DNA of 43,360 nt from IMG/VR virus record IMGVR_UViG_3300024254_000005, positions 1-43,360 of that record; one strand, written 5' to 3'. Positions 42,739 to 43,360 of this stretch are shown here, one piece after another. Within the stretch, counting starts at the first letter, position 1. Each line of letters opens with the position of its first letter. The notes beneath the pieces were generated by a model. That model was not told where the DNA came from. It made no database searches and was given only the letters and a program-made list of their open reading frames with translations. The position numbers and the translations under genes were made by a program. Origin of the DNA: a virus. Taxonomy: Duplodnaviria; Caudoviricetes.

Positions 42739-43360
42739 ATGGGCCAAGCGCTTCTCGGGATTGGAGCTGGGGCAGCCGGCGCATTCGGTGGAGCCTACGA
42801 CGCGGCGCGCAAGAACCGTCAGCAGTCGCAGATGGGCAACATTGAGATTCAGAACGCTCAGCGTGACGCTGCTTCCTTGGCCGCAGCCGGGCAGGGCCTT
42901 AGCGCTCTTGCTGGTATGGGTGGCGGGGGGGCGCCTGGAATGCAGGGGCCTCCCGGTATGCCACAGGGAGGGCCGCAACAGCCCCCTATGCCCCAGCCGG
43001 GGGGCGCGGCCATGGGACGTGGCAGCTCGACCTTCCCCTCTCCAGGCCAGCAGGTATTCCCTGGCCAGAACCCTATGGGGATGCCGGGGCAACCGCCCCC
43101 CCGGCCGATGCAGGCGAGTTTTCCGGGTGCACCCCCGCCGATGCCGCCAAATATGGCCGCCCAAGCTCCTGGCGGCCCGCCTATGCCGCAAATGAGCGCC
43201 CAGGCAGGAATGCCGCAGATGGCTGCCATGGCGCCCGGTGGTCAGCCGCGGCCTACGATGCCTTTCCCCGGCCAGCAGGCGCCTTCCGCGGGGTTGACGC
43301 CTGCCCAGGCCCCCGGCGGCGGTCCCCCCAGCAGCTCCCCGCCGCCGGGCGGCCTTCGCG
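42739..43360 (+). CDS. 5' part of junction-spanning putative ejection protein (continues to 1621)
   Basis: ATG right after the previous stop; MGQALLGIGAGAAGAFGG...; open to the window end. Confidence 0.75.
   Translation, partial: MGQALLGIGAGAAGAFGGAYDAARKNRQQSQMGNIEIQNAQRDAASLAAAGQGLSALAGMGGGGAPGMQGPPGMPQGGPQQPPMPQPGGAAMGRGSSTFPSPGQQVFPGQNPMGMPGQPPPRPMQASFPGAPPPMPPNMAAQAPGGPPMPQMSAQAGMPQMAAMAPGGQPRPTMPFPGQQAPSAGLTPAQAPGGGPPSSSPPPGGLR
43248..43360. repeat. 113-bp direct terminal repeat, right copy
   Basis: Identical to 1-113. Confidence 0.95.

Overview
The window is an apparently complete, circularly assembled genome of a tailed dsDNA phage with podovirus-type gene content. Bases 1-113 repeat exactly at 43248-43360, giving a unit length of about 43,247 bp. 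The minus-strand arm (about 23300 to 7566) carries small early genes, an XRE HTH regulator, a family-A DNA polymerase, a Cas4-like exonuclease, a VRR-NUC nuclease, a SNF2 helicase, an SSB-like protein and a prim-pol/SF3 helicase. The plus-strand arm (23364 across the junction to 7569) carries terminase, portal, scaffold, an N4-gp56-type capsid, adaptor, nozzle, fibres/spikes, a GNAT, three ejection-type proteins, a lysis cassette and a PurD-like ATP-grasp enzyme. I recognised no integrase, tRNA, CRISPR array or tape measure gene. An alphaproteobacterial host is an inference only. Highlights: (1) five fibre/spike-type proteins all begin with Sec-type signal peptides and all have an even number of mature-chain cysteines, suggesting export, periplasmic disulfide folding and late attachment to the virion; (2) the portal begins with a HiPIP-like [4Fe-4S] motif; (3) a perfect four-way-junction element whose loop is complementary to the next Shine-Dalgarno; (4) two post-stop elements with identical arms around different hairpins. 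All functional calls come from motif recognition by eye, not from database searches.
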